Positions 1 to 13,038 of a DNA stretch of 55,673 nucleotides are shown piece by piece; positions within the stretch are counted from its first letter, which is position 1; the number at the start of each line of letters is the position of its first letter. The position numbers were made by a program, and so were the translations under genes. The stretch covers positions 1 to 55,673 of the forward strand of contig JALDZS010000156.1 in NCBI GenBank assembly GCA_022813965.1, given 5' to 3'. Source of the stretch: Toensbergia leucococca. Its lineage: Eukaryota. The notes below the pieces were generated by a model that was not told the origin of the DNA, did not search any database, and saw nothing but the letters and a program-made list of their open reading frames with translations.

Positions 1-266
1 CCCGTTAGCTCGCTTAGTTGTGCTTTTGCTCAGGCGAAGCTAACGAACTTGTGGACAGTATGAGTAGTCACAATTTGCCGCAAGTGCCGTCCTCCACCCA
101 GCAGCTTTTACGCCGCTGTACAAGCGTCATGGCTGACGGATGCGGTTAGACGGTACAGTCGAAGCGTGTCTTGGCTTATGTATTCGAGGAAGGAAAAGTC
201 CTCCGGCCTGGGATCTAGGGAATGGGCTCAGTCTCTCGTCCTCTGGGGGCGCTTGTTGTACGTGAT

Positions 267-2022
267 CTATGGATTCAAGAGAGGCGTTTGGCTAGAGCTC
301 TTCAAAGGTACCATCTTGTGGACTTGATGACTTAGCGTGGGACTGGGTGTGGGAACCGGTGTGGGAATAGGTGTGGGGATGGGAGGGACTGCGGCCGGTT
401 TCTTGACTACCCAGTAATTGTTGGGAAGGCGATGAGCCGCGGCTTTTGTTATGCCTTCTACACAATTAAATTATTACTCGATCATGTGTTGTCTTGCACA
501 CGAATCAAAGTTTATCGCGGCTGGTTGCACTCACGGAATACTGATTTGAAGTAGTCCACCAGAGGAGCCAGCCAAACTGTGATTGCCACGATCTGTCCGA
601 AGCCCCAGCTTTTCGTGTCGATAGCTCCAAGTTTTATTAAACTTTGAAGATTCATGATTTGCGTGGCAAAGGCCAAGGCATAGAAAATGCAAACGACTAA
701 ATAGGCCACGGTCTTGATCCAATACTTGATTCGGTCCTTGTGTCGTAGTCGTGGTGCTAGACGCATCAATCGTCGAAGGGGGATGAGACGAAGCACTAGA
801 AATTGATCAATTGCGAGCAGCGCCATGATGGTAGCGGCGAGAGGGGAGTATTGAGTCGAATTGATACTCTGTCCGTCCTCTTCGTCGTAATTGTCGGAAA
901 GGGAGATCGTGCACCAACTAGTGAGGCTGATAGCTCCACATTCCGGAGGCCCTATCGGCGAGATGATGCCGCTCATATTTATTTGTGTAAGTAGAAGTTG
1001 GGTAGCCACGCACAAGGAGAATGTGATCAATGATAACAGAAATACGTAAAAGGACTTTTTACCAAAGACTCTCAAATTCAGCAAAGTAAAAGTGACAGGG
1101 AGATAACAGTTTACTGATATCATCTGTAAGAGGCTGTAGTTTAATTGAACCTCTACTATACTTTTTGCTGGCAACAAGGAACCTCTTGTGATGATGACTA
1201 GGGCGGCAACCTGAACAGCAATCATGAAAAAACACTGAGCCTTTTGAAAGTCAACGAGACCACTAATCAGAGCTGGGAGATATTTCTGAAGCTTATCTTG
1301 CAAGTGAGAAGCAATAGTGGCTGCCTTTTTCCTGTTAAAAAAGAACAGAGCGCAAAAGATCAAGTGATGTGTCCAAGAATTCAGGAAACCCAAAAGTATA
1401 AAGCCGGCGAGGGAGATCCCGATTTGAATGCAGTATGATAAAAAGACCTGAAGAGAAGAGTTATTCTGTGTGCTTCCACATTGGGCTCCGTGACACATAC
1501 CCCAATCCCCCCAATATCCGAATTGACAATTGGTCGAAGTGTATTGCAAATGTTCCACATGCTATCACCGACGGCGTAGACTAACATGGAATAATTGCTC
1601 CCTCCAGGCCCTCCAGGAGCATCAGACATATCCTGGACTACGCCCGACGAACAGGAGGGGATAGACTCGCAAGAAGCGTTGACACAGGCAAGCACAGTCT
1701 CTGTGATAGCGTACGAGACGGTGGCATTTCCATCGATTCTGAATGTACTGGCCAAGAGGACATCTGATGGTAGTGCGGAAGGAAGGCTTAGGGCAAAGGA
1801 GATTGCAGGAGCGACAATGCAGTTACGAAAAGTGGCGAGAGAGGCAAAAGCTGTGTGACTGTTGATGCAGGCGATTGAACAGTCTGCATCTGCTTCTGCT
1901 AGCTGGCCACTGGCACAACCTCCCTGATAGAGTGACCAGGGTCCAGCATCAGCATTCACATCAGTCCACCATCCGTCATTCAGCGCATGATTTGAGCTTA
2001 CAACGGTCAGCGGTAAAGACAT
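267..2022 (-). CDS. Uncharacterised fungal multi-pass membrane protein with a Cys-rich N-terminal domain (3 exons)
   Basis: ATG at 2022. Introns 1448-1500 (GTATGT..TTCAG) and 458-534 (GTGAGT..TGTAG) join the 1381..2085 and 512..1558 ORFs. The join gives 'VNSDIGGIG|VFLSYCIQ', followed by 'LVDFQKAQCFF' and 'WGFGQIVAITVW'. Several hydrophobic segments, a Pro/Thr-rich tail, and TAG at 267-269. Confidence 0.75.
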
Positions 2023-2773
2023 GATTCTCAAAAGCGTAGTAGAAATACAGAAAAAGGCATTTTCCAAGATGCTTTGCGAAAGCACCTAGACCCTCCTTTA
2101 GGCAGCAAGCTCAAGGAATGCGGAAGAGCGCCAAAGCAATGAAATTGGCCTCCAAAGTACTCAGGGCACTTTTTGGTTTCATGTCAAGTACCAACTACTC
2201 AACAGTGACAGGCTTCCGATTGAGGCTATGCACTTCGGATCAAATATTGATCCAGCCAATCCGGTGATTGCTTTCAGGACCTCAACTATAGACACTTAAA
2301 GCAGATGCTAAACAGGTAGTGCAAGATAGCTAATCAGCTGAAAGTCAAAATCCAAATGTTCCCGAAATCGCACTCAGCAAAGGGGGTATATGAAAAAGCA
2401 ATGCTGTTGTATCCTCCATTTCCATATCTTCAGACAAGCCCAACCCCGCTCCTAGTCTTATGTATTCCTAATTTCTATTCATCTTTCCTTCTATTGGCGC
2501 CATAGGTTTTTATAGACACTACTCGTTTCTTCCACTTTTGTTTCCATCTCTTTTTATGTCTTTGGAGCGTATCCCATGTCCTTTCTGGAACTAGATCTAA
2601 GATCTTCGTAAAGCGACATATACTTGTATGTTTTCAGTCCTGTCCTTTCAATCGTGGCTTCGGGCGTATAATACAGATCCAACTTCTCCTTGTTAAATCG
2701 ATATGCTTACCTCCGTACACAAGTTTAAACCCGTCTCTTATCAAGCACGCACTTCTGTCAATAAGTTAAACTC

Positions 2774-5700
2774 TCATAAGATCCTTGAGTATCCATCTGT
2801 TTCTTTTCCGCGCAGGCCACCAGAAACATCGCCGTCCTTTAGCACCATCGTCTCTTCAGGCCTTGCTTGTACCTCTAGCGCAGTAAATAACATCTTTCTG
2901 TTCAAACCTCTCTTAGTTTCATCATCAACGTAAAGTGCGTCTAGCTGATATCCAAATATTCGTTCCATTGGCACCTCATTCACCCATCCCTTCATTCTCG
3001 CAGCCTCCATACCCAAAGTAGCACTCGCCAACTCGTCAATTCGTCTCGTGATCGCCTTTCTCTGTCCCCGTGCGCTTGCCCAAAATTGACTCAATTCTTC
3101 CACTACAACTAATCCGCCGTTCATTAGACGCAGCGTTTCAGTCAAGCTCTTTTGCTCTAGAGAACCCCCTGCACTGAGAATATCGATGGCGGAAAGGATG
3201 GCATAGCCGGTAAAAGGAGTGGAGAATGCAAATTCGATTTGCTGTTTGCGAGGTTGAGAGTCGGTGGATAAGAGACGTGCCTCGCGGTCGACTTTAGAAA
3301 GCGTCCTCATGATCTGTAGAAACTGTGATGCGTGGCGGCTCGCTTCTTGAAGGTTACGGTTGATGATATGGAGAGGCATCAAGCTGTGTCTAACGTGACG
3401 ATTCATTTTCATGATAGTGGTGTAGTAGAGAGCGTGTATGCTGATGTAGGTCCCAATATAACCGTTCCTTATACTGGCATCGGTGTTGTAGGTGTCGTAC
3501 GTAAGATGAGATGGGAGGATGGACATCCAGGACGAGAGACGCCGATGTGTTTTATTGTAGAAATCCTCGTAGTGAGCTCGATAACTAGCAGGGGACTGAT
3601 GAACAGATCGATAGATGTAAGCAAGGACATCTCCCCAGATCGAGGAGATCCGTGCAAGGTATGCCATTGGACCTAATGTAGAGGGATCACTATCTTGAGA
3701 AAGGTCTGGATCGATAATCCCATTGTCAAAGTATGGCGTCTTGACTTTCTCCTGATTCTCGTATATTTTCTCCCGGCTAGGTAATCGAGCGAAGGTATCC
3801 TCGTTGTGGACCAAGCAGAGATGACCGGAGCAGAACCCGTTGTAGCGCTGCAGCGCGTAAGCAAAAAAGCAGACTCTGTCCTCACTGGAAAACTTACATC
3901 CATCAAGTATACCGACCAAAAGGTCCTCCGATGACATTCTACCAGTCCGTTGCGAGTTAATCCGTAGTCCATTTCCTCGTCATCTTGGATGTCTGTAATT
4001 CCTTCTTCAAGATTGAGCTTGAGACCAGATGCCGCTCTGACAGCCATTCCACAAAAATCCCACGCTTGGTGAGCATCTCCTTTGGCAAAATGATACAAAG
4101 CGAGTATTGCGCGGCTTTGTACAAGCTGAAGTGTGTAATTCCCCTGGTTTTTCTCTACCGCATACCTTGCAAGCTTACTGAACAAGCACCCTTCCGCTTT
4201 CCCTTCATCTCGTGAAGAGAAAATCGAGCCCATAGCTAGCATTGCGTAGATGATCATCAGATTGTCTGTTGATTTATCTTTCGCCTTTCTCATCCAATGA
4301 AGGAAGGGTCCACGTGGAAACATGCAATACGTAGCTGCATTAACATGAGTGAAATACATCTCCATGTAATGAGACGTTGCGATGGGATCAACATCATACG
4401 GATCATCACCCAAAGCAAAGGAGAGCGAATCAGGCTTTGCAGGGGCTTCGCTCCATGCTGGAGCAGAGGCCAAATCTGACTCGGCTGGACTAATCATGCT
4501 TTCGGGCCGTCTTTCATCACTTTCAGTCGGTGTTGGCAACACTTTTGGGGACTTCTGCCTTTGTCTTTTCACAGACGACTTGGATCGAGGAGGACTAGGA
4601 CGATCATGATAACATTGATCCGACGGTATCGTTTCAACCGGCGGGCTGTATTGTACGGAAAACTTCTGATCAACCTCATCGTGTTCTAGGAAAGAGTGTT
4701 GAGAAGCGAGGGACGGTGGCGCTGCCTGTGTGCCTATTGACGACGGAGTCTGCGCCTGATGCTCGTAAGAAGGTGTTTCTGGACTCATGTGCTGACCACG
4801 AGGTCTACAACAGCATCAGTACATTTATGGAGAACCGAAAGTGGAATAATAGAGACCTAGAGAAAGTTCTGGCTTTCAAGATCATACAGCACAGGCAAAT
4901 GAATCATGAAGGCAATCCAGTCTTTGAAAGAGCCATGCAAGCCAAAGATGGAGCAATGATTTACTTCACTGAATTTAAAAGAAAGCGTACGTACGCAGTC
5001 TGAAACCTACACTCCCTTCCAAATTTATCGCACTGAACACATTTCGGATCACCTGGATCACACTTAATTTTCTTTTCCCGACACGTCGTACACGCAATAG
5101 CCAGACGTTTTCGGGGCTTCCCCTGTTTCGTTACACCCCATTGAGCATTCACCATTTCTCCATCGATGACCTTCTTGCAGCGTGATCCATCTTCATACAG
5201 CCAGCAAGGGCCTTCGCCCGGGAAAACTGCCTCCCCAATCACGCGATGCAGCGTCTTTATGGGATTAGGAGTATCTTGAGTAGCATATACAGAGTCTGTG
5301 GTGACATTCGACTGTGGACCGTAGCCAGGTGCATGTCCATAATAATACTGGCTCGGGTCGGTTGGAGTATTCGGGGAATGCTGCTGAGGGTAAGACGCTT
5401 GACGAGGCGGCTCGGAATATATGGCGTACTGAGTCGTAGTTGATTCGGGGGGTACAGAGTAATGATTTGAGAATTGTTGCGCGGATGAAATCGATTCCAA
5501 TTCTTCTCTCTTTGGAAGGACGTAATCTGCATATTGTGGCTGAGGTTGATTTGCGTAACCTCCAGGGATGTGATATACTCCTGATTGCGTTTGCCGATCA
5601 GGAATGCTGCTTCGGTGAGGCGACGGCTGGGAGGAACGTAATTCGGATGAATCTGGACTGTATTGGGATGAGAATGGCGAAGGCGGAATACTCGATTGGC

Positions 5701-5995
5701 TGTGAGGCGTGAGCAGCGTGCTGACTGGAGGCAACTGTTCGTGATGTGTCCGTCGAGACGGTTCGAGCGATCCCCTTGAGCGATTCATATTCTCGTATCT
5801 TGTTGGTTCTGTAAAGCCCAAGGTATCGCTTCCGAACTGTAATCTCGATGGGATGCTAGGTCGGGGGAGCTGGTACATAGCCATTCTTGATGGTGTCTCG
5901 TCTGCAACAGATGATTGCTCCTCGGAACCTTGGGAGCTGCTATCGTCGAGTATAGGTAAGATCCTTCCAAACGGCCCAACGTACGTCCGTGACAT
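2774..5995 (-). CDS. Zn(II)2Cys6 transcription factor with fungal-specific TF (middle homology) domain (3 exons)
   Basis: Zinc cluster ACTTCREKKIKCDPGDPKCVQCDKFGREC. Introns 4805-4994 (GTACGT..TGTAG) and 3848-3897 (GTAAGT..GCAG) join three ORFs in frame, giving 'ECHRRTFWSVYLMD|RYNG'. The start is uncertain (ATG 5995 or 5884). Confidence 0.92.
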
Positions 5996-8900
5996 GTGGT
6001 ACACGGCGTACAGTCCAGTTTCTTCGGCTCAGGTTAGCGTTAGTGTGGAAACGGGGCTCATAGGAAAATAGATTCCATGCGGGGTTGGATTGGGGGTTTT
6101 GGTGGGCCAACAATCATGACTGGAAAAGTCGAAGATTGCGGGAGGTGGGTGACTGGGAGGGTGATCAGTTCCATTTTCTCCGTGATATGCATGGAGAAGA
6201 AAGATTCTAGCTGACTAGGGTAGTAATGCAACTAGATGGATGACCTTGCATTGACCGACTCCAGATGACGAGCAGTGCCGGCGAGTAGTGTGGAGGACTA
6301 AAAGGCAGTTGTGTGGATGAGGTGGTAGGAAAGTGTCGCAGGCCAGAGGCTCAAACATTAGCTGGTCCTTTCATCCAGGTACGAAAGCGGACGAGGTCAA
6401 GGGAGGAGCTTATGATTGCAGGAAGAGATGCAGACATGGTCAACCGATCTACCTGAAGGAAACCATGTCCCTGCCGCATCCACGGCACTTGCATCCGAAG
6501 CTTGGGCAATAAATGCAATGAATCACGTCGGACCCATGAGAGGACAATTGGAGTGAGAGAGAGAGAGAGAATGCATTAGGTAGGTGATGTGGCCACTAGC
6601 CTGCTATGATCACATAATTGAGACCTTGACCCTCAATTCCGATGAGGGCGTTTTCGTGGGGTAAAGTAGCGAAGTAGTCGCCCAAGATTAGACCCGTCAA
6701 GCAAAGGGTGTTGTGTAGATCATTACGAGGTGCAGGGATGAAAGCGATGGGTACCTGGTCCGGCAAACACGCGAAGAAGCTCAGTCAACCCAAGTCCTGA
6801 TGTCTCCGCATGCTCTAGCTTCTAATAGCACACACGCAGAGACGGGACAAGCTGCCACGGATATTGGATAGTGGACATCTAAGCACACAGATGCAATAGT
6901 CTGAAATACAAAGGGGAAAATGCCAGACAGTTGGAAGTTGGGATTGCTCCGTCGCTGAATAGAGTTGTGAGCTTGTCATCCGGCGCTAAGGAATGGCAAG
7001 CATAGGTACCGTACAGGTAAGGTAAGGTATCCGTAAATTGCTATCTACCTACCTACCTAACTACGACTTGCCAGGCTAGTTACTTACTCCACGTACGCCA
7101 TAGATTGCTCTGTCTCCTATCGGATTCTGACTTGATCGGCGCGCTTACTTGGGACGGGAAGGCGATTGCTAGAACTAGGGATCTCTACTCGTGCCGTGCC
7201 AGAACTATGGATCTTTACTCCTGCCCTCGTCTCTGTGCCGTCGCCTACAGTATCGTGCATAAGTTCGCCCCAAGAGAAGCTTTGTCGCTTGCTTTGCTGC
7301 AAGCCAAGCCCTTGGACTCTCATCCACTTATATATTTTTTGTCCAGATCTTTTAGTACATGCATCAATTATGGTCGTTCGGTTGAACTCAAGGGATGTAG
7401 AGAAACTGGGATGATTAAGCCAAGTAATAGCCGTCTTGTTGATGGGTGTCAAGATCATCCAATGTCTGTGAAGGCGACCATGCCTCGGCCCTCGAGCATT
7501 CTAGGATTAGGAATGTGCGTTTCAATCTTCACGAAATCACCATCTTCGCCGCCACAGCGTCACATTGTCATTGCAAAAACGACACCTTGGCAAATGAGTG
7601 TTTTCTTCTACCTCTACATACCGAGTATTGATTGGGGTAATACTAAGGTTTTAACATTGCAGCCCGCCTGCATGCCGAAGGACTTTAGTAAATCGCGCAC
7701 AATGCTCTGGGGAAACTGATTCAATTGCTCAAGCATGCAGTGGATGGTAACTGAAACTTGTTACCCAAAGAACTTGTACCCCTGGACGTGACTTCTGCCG
7801 CCACACTCATATTGGCTTTTCTCGTTACTCTATCGCCCAATATACTACATCAGTCTTGCACTATTCTACCTACTCTAATCTCAGAGACATTCTTGGTAAT
7901 TACGAACCATGCATGGTGAATACCGGTTCTGCCGCGGATAACTGTGGTGCCGCTGAATCTAACGCTATCACTATGGTCAAAGAAAGCAAGTGGTATGCAG
8001 CAGCAACTCTTTTTTTTCAGCTTCACATTAAAAGTACCTATTCTATCCGTAGGTAGGTTCGGAGATGATCGCCGAGTCCAAGAAGCGGCTGGGTGGGAAG
8101 TTGAAATTAAGCTTTCCGGCTTGATGGTCGATCTTGTCATCTTAATTCTTATCGAGTTCCCCAGCGAGCCCAGCTATTGAGCTACGGTATTCTACCTGAC
8201 CCCGTCCGCCGACCTCGCCCTGAAAGGCCGATTGAATTCGCTCTAGGAAGGCGGACGGATAGCGCAATATTCTATTCACCACCAAGATCTGGCTCTTCAG
8301 TGATAGACATCCTGCACCAAGATTATCAATCCATGTGCAGGATCTGGAAGCACGAGTGCGTACTGCTCCGTACACACTGTAAAATTAATTCGGGGCGGCC
8401 TTCCATGCATCTGCACCACGAACCATGGCTCGAGGCTATTGGCACGGCATGTCGACATGCTTGCATACATCATGCTGAGACTTGAGAACCCTGCTTCGCA
8501 ATAAAACCCGAAAGGCTAGAAATTTTCATGGTTGCACAGGCTCAGTGTTTGTCCCCCCACGCTCATTTATGCGCACCTTTTAGAAGGCATCATGAGAAAT
8601 TGAGTCTGAAAGCCCATAGATTTGATGCTGTTTGTGCAGATGCTGAAACCGACTATTTGGTGTCACCGAGTGCAGAAAGGAAAGTCTTGCCGCAGCTCAG
8701 TGTTGATCGACAAGACGATGAATACATTATGTGGGAGGTGACACAAAAACCCCAGAGCAAGGATATGGCCAGGAGAAGAAGAAGAGCAACGGCTTTGCCA
8801 ATAATCTAGTACCCTTGTATTTATGTGCATCTATTCGGCACGCTTGTCTTTACTCAAACCGTTGGTGGCGTGGGAGTCAAAAACGGGTCAGAAGTGGCTA

Positions 8901-9409
8901 AGAGAGACCTAAGACAAATACATCAACTCAACAGAACAGATTGAACATCATGTCGGTTACACAAATTTTCTTGGATCGAGACTGCAGCTTCTAAAGTACT
9001 AAAGGAAGAATTGCCGGCGTTTTCACTGTTTGGTAATACATCAATAATCATCTTGCCTCGAATTCTGATAGAGCCGAGGCTCGTTGCAACGAAGCCATTC
9101 TTCTGTACGAGTAGTACGGTACGTGGAGAGGGTGAGAAGATCTGAAAGAGCCAAAATATCTGCCCTGCTACAGCAAGATGGCTTGTCTACAGACACAATT
9201 TGTGTCTCGTGCTGTAGATAGTTGGGTTTTCTCTCAATTTATTCACTTGACTTTCACAAAGTAGCAGATGTTTTGCCTCAAATTGGGGAATACGGTGACC
9301 CCCAATCCCTGGAAGTCAAGTAAACTTCTGCTTCACTCTTGACTTGAGCTATCTCTCTACCAATGAACTCGGTCTATAGAGCAGCCATCTCACTTGTTTC
9401 GTTACCATC

Positions 9410-10461
9410 ATGTTGAGATATTTTACACCTCCTCGCTCTTCACTCCTCAACGTCTTCAAATGCCGTCATCTGGAGCTGTCGTCTCCATTCACAGCAGGCT
9501 ACTCTCCACCCAACGAACTCGATTCTCCTAGCAAATGGGAGAGCAGCTCAGAGCCTCTACCTTTCACCGTTGAAGCTGACCAAGTATTGACAAAAAGGAC
9601 AAAATTCTTGAGGGTTCTGCAATGGGTTCTTCACTTCCTTCTGTTGTCGGTATCTATAGTATTGTTCATTCAGAGTATTCGCCTCACTCACAAAGCCAAC
9701 CCGGATCTGGCAGACAATACCATGGCTTACCGTAAGAAATGATCATGACAGGTTCGTCGCAGGCTGCTGAATACCTGAGCAAACAGTCTCTTCTTTAAAC
9801 GCAGTCAAGAACCAGACAGATCAAACGAGTGGCTCCTCAGACTATCAATTTCATTGCAGAGGACCTCCAAGGGGGTCATTGGATGCCGCATGGAGGAGGA
9901 TCTCAGAGGAAAGTAAGGTATTCCTCTCCTTTATAAACCTTTGACGGCTGCTGATCGATTTCTGATAGTGAACCCCATCACTGTCTCTGAAGATTTGATG
10001 CGTCAAGTTGACGCGTCAGCTTTGTATTCTACCGAACCCGACAAGAAATTCTCGAGCAACTATTTCGTGACCGTCGAGGTCTTTCACCAGCTACACTGCA
10101 TTGTAATCAGCCGTCCCATCCTACACTCGAATTCAAGAACCTATCTACAGAAGCTGATAGTGTTTGATACAGAATCTTCTCCGCCAGCAAACTTTCAGGA
10201 ATTACTATGAGGGCTGGCGTCCGTCTTTTGGGGACAATACCACAACCTTCCGGAAGCATCTAGGTAAGGTTTTTGCAGCAAGCTCTGAATGGTCTTACGA
10301 CTTGGTCAGCTGATTTACAATCACGATCTTAGGTCATTGCGTCAAGGTGGACCGCTTTTATACCCACCACATCAATGCTGCTTGGTAGCTGACACAAGTA
10401 GATGCTTCACCACAATTTGATGTTTAACGATACAACGATGGATTTTGGCGAGGATACCTAG
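9410..10461 (+). CDS. DUF3328 / UstYa-like oxidase, C-terminally truncated or degenerate (possible pseudogene)
   Basis: N-terminal TM helix. Introns 9732-9786, 9913-9968, 10103-10172, 10264-10332 and 10347-10401 (last donor GTGGAC is weak) give 'RGPPRGSLDAAWRRI', 'VEVFHQLHCI|NLLRQ' and 'KHL|GHCVK|MLHHNLMF', i.e. both HxxHC motifs. TAG follows at 10459-10461, before the usual C-terminal segment. Confidence 0.8.
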
Positions 10462-11173
10462 GACTTAGGAGGAATAGAAGCACATCGTGAGCCAGCATAG
10501 GTGATCTACTTAGAGGCGAAGCGGATCAATGAATTGGGGCGTTTAACCAGATGGAAACCGGGATAGGAACAGGATATGAGAAGGGTTGAGGGTCGAAGAA
10601 TACCAATGAGACATAGAGATTTGAGCCAAGGATTTGTGTTGAAGGAGCTTTGCCTTGCTTGGCCCTCACATGTTTCCCTTGTTTCGGTCATGCTATCATT
10701 GGAGTCTGAGAGCAATAGACATCACTTTTCGCAATGCATCTGAGTACCTTAGCTCATGTAGTTTTGGCCAAGGTACCCCTTAGGGTAAGAGACCTTAAAG
10801 GCTAAAGATGGACCGGAGCTCGGACCGAGGTCCACTAGAATAAAGCCGAAGCACGTGGTTGAGAGTTAAATTGAAGTCGACTTGATTGGCTGAGACCTGG
10901 GAACGTGTCGAAGCTCTCAACGGTCTCCGTCCCGTACCCCTTTGCTTCGACTCCAATTCCATAAACTTACATTTCACAATAGTAGAGTCGTCTTTGCTCG
11001 ATTCAGCTCTTCCTACGAAAATCTTATCTTCTCGTCACTCCTTTGCGACCAATTGAACACAGTCTCTTAAACCACAGTTGATTCAATTTAACCTTTCACA
11101 CCGCCAATTCCTTTTGCGCCCACATCCACCCCTCTTGATACTCTAGACTCCATCGCGTCAAGCAGCCATCATC

Positions 11174-12401
11174 ATGTCGTCCGACACTCTAAAATCCGTC
11201 CCCTTTCCTCTGCCGACCCTCGATCGACCCTTCGGCGTGGAAATATGGCCAATCTTCGAGAAGTTCTATTCCTCTGTGCAAGGTCATTCTCCCCTGGATT
11301 TCGAGTTCGTTCCTGGAGAAACACCCATGTCAACATCCAAAGAGACTGCGGCAGCATTGTTTTCATACTATATCATCATTTTTGGGGGCCGAGAACTCAT
11401 GAGAAACCGGTCTTCGATCCAGCTCAACACGGTCTTCATTATGCACAATTTGGGGTTGACGATCATCAGTGGAGTACTTCTGGCTCTTTTCGTGGAACAG
11501 CTGGTACCGACGGTGTGGAGAAACGGGATATTTTTTGCAATTTGTAACAGCGACGGCGGGTGGACTAAGCCACTCGTAACGCTTTACTATGTGTGCTTCA
11601 TGTTAAAGATTTACCAAGAGTAAGGAAGCTGACTTTTCATAGCTTAATTATCTTACAAAATACGCCGAACTAATGGACACTGTATTTCTGGTCTTGAAGA
11701 AAAAGCCTTTGAGTAAAAGCTAGCATGCATTTTAAGGAACATTCGAGTTGACTTGTCTAGCTTTTCTACATACCTACCATCATGGAGCTACTGCACTGCT
11801 CTGCTTCACGCAGCTCATCGGTATTACCGCTGTCTCATGGGTTCCCATTACTCTCAACCTGCTTGTTCACGTTGTCATGTATTGGTACTACTTCCAAAGT
11901 GCGCGAGGCATCCGAATCTGGTGGAAAAAATGGATAACCCGTCTACAAATCGCCCAATTCGTCATCGATCTTGGTGAGCCTTGGCGGTAGAACTACTCAA
12001 ATGTAGTTGGCTAACACTAGCTGCCAGGCTTTGTATACTTTGCTTCTTACACATACTTCATCTCGACCTACTTCCCTAGCATGCCCCATATCGACGAATG
12101 CGCAGGCAAGGAGTTCGCTGCCTGGACGGGAATGGGAATCCTTAGCTCGTACCTTCTACTCTTTATCTCGTTCTACTTTGCAACATACAGGAAAGCTGGG
12201 CAGACCGGCAGGAAACGAAGCTCGAGTGTGAAAAAAGCGGCCATTGAGTTGAAGAACATGGAAGTTCCTACCATGGACGCAACCAAGGACGCAACCAAAG
12301 ACGCCTTGAATTACGCCAATGGGTCTATTAAGGCCAACGGGCATGCTTATGCGTCCGGAAGTGGTTCAGATAAGCCAACGACAAGATCACGGAAAGCATA
12401 A
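11174..12401 (+). CDS. ELO2: Very-long-chain fatty acid elongase, GNS1/SUR4 (ELO) family (4 exons)
   Basis: Introns 11591-11642, 11713-11760 and 11974-12027. Motifs '[22 protein letters not shown]', 'FLHTYHHG', '[12 protein letters not shown]' and 'ITRLQIAQF'. The ELO2 versus ELO3 paralogue call is uncertain. Confidence 0.95.
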
Positions 12402-12885
12402 GTTGTGTGAACATTCGATGCAACCATTAGGTGTCTCGGATCGGGTTACATGTCATCTCCGGAACTCGTTGACACGGATTCGAAGCTTTGCCGAGAAGTT
12501 AAAAAACACATGTTCAACCGCCTTGCTTATGACCAATGATGTAGGCCTAGGCCAGTGTCATGTCTGAGGCACAAGGGGTTTCTTTGTATATTATATCCGC
12601 ATTCACGATCTCCCCCCTCGTTCTGCTGCATGTTTCGACGGTGTCTACTAGGTTCTCGTCTCGTACAGATGTCGTAGTCCTCTTGGATGGGCAGTAATAT
12701 GGGATCGCTGGCGTCAACAAGGCGCTAGATGATGTACATTGGTATCGGATCTTAGAGGCATATACTGTAATAATACTTTGAATAGCAAGATGAGTACATC
12801 AGCAACTATTGGTGCCACTCGCTCAAATTTGCGTCGAGTTCAGTCTCATTGTCTCTCAGCTAAGTGTGTTATGCAGCCGCCCCCC

Positions 12886-13038
12886 TTCCATGCATGGTGC
12901 TTTTCATTCCATGCATGATGGTGCTTTTCATTCCATGCATGATGGTGCTTTTCATTCCACGCATGATGGTGCTTTTCATTCCATGCATGATGGTGCTTTT
13001 CATTCCATGTATGATGGTGCTTTTCATTCCATGCATGA
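12886..13038. repeat. 24-bp minisatellite, about 6.5 copies, unit TTCCATGCATGATGGTGCTTTTCA
   Basis: Units start at 12886 (21 nt, lacks one ATG), 12907, 12931, 12955 (one T>C), 12979, 13003 (one C>T) and 13027 (partial). Confidence 0.98.

Noticed and set aside
7105..8809. ORFs of 60-204 aa between the TF and DUF3328
   Set aside because: Many start at TTG/GTG, with no motifs or consistent splice model. Treated as non-coding.
9185..9218. Hairpin AGACACAA-T-TTGTGTCT upstream of DUF3328
   Set aside because: An 8-bp stem with a 1-nt loop is within chance expectation.
12886..13038. CRISPR-like array
   Set aside because: Units are head-to-tail with no unique spacers, the context is eukaryotic, and there are no cas genes.
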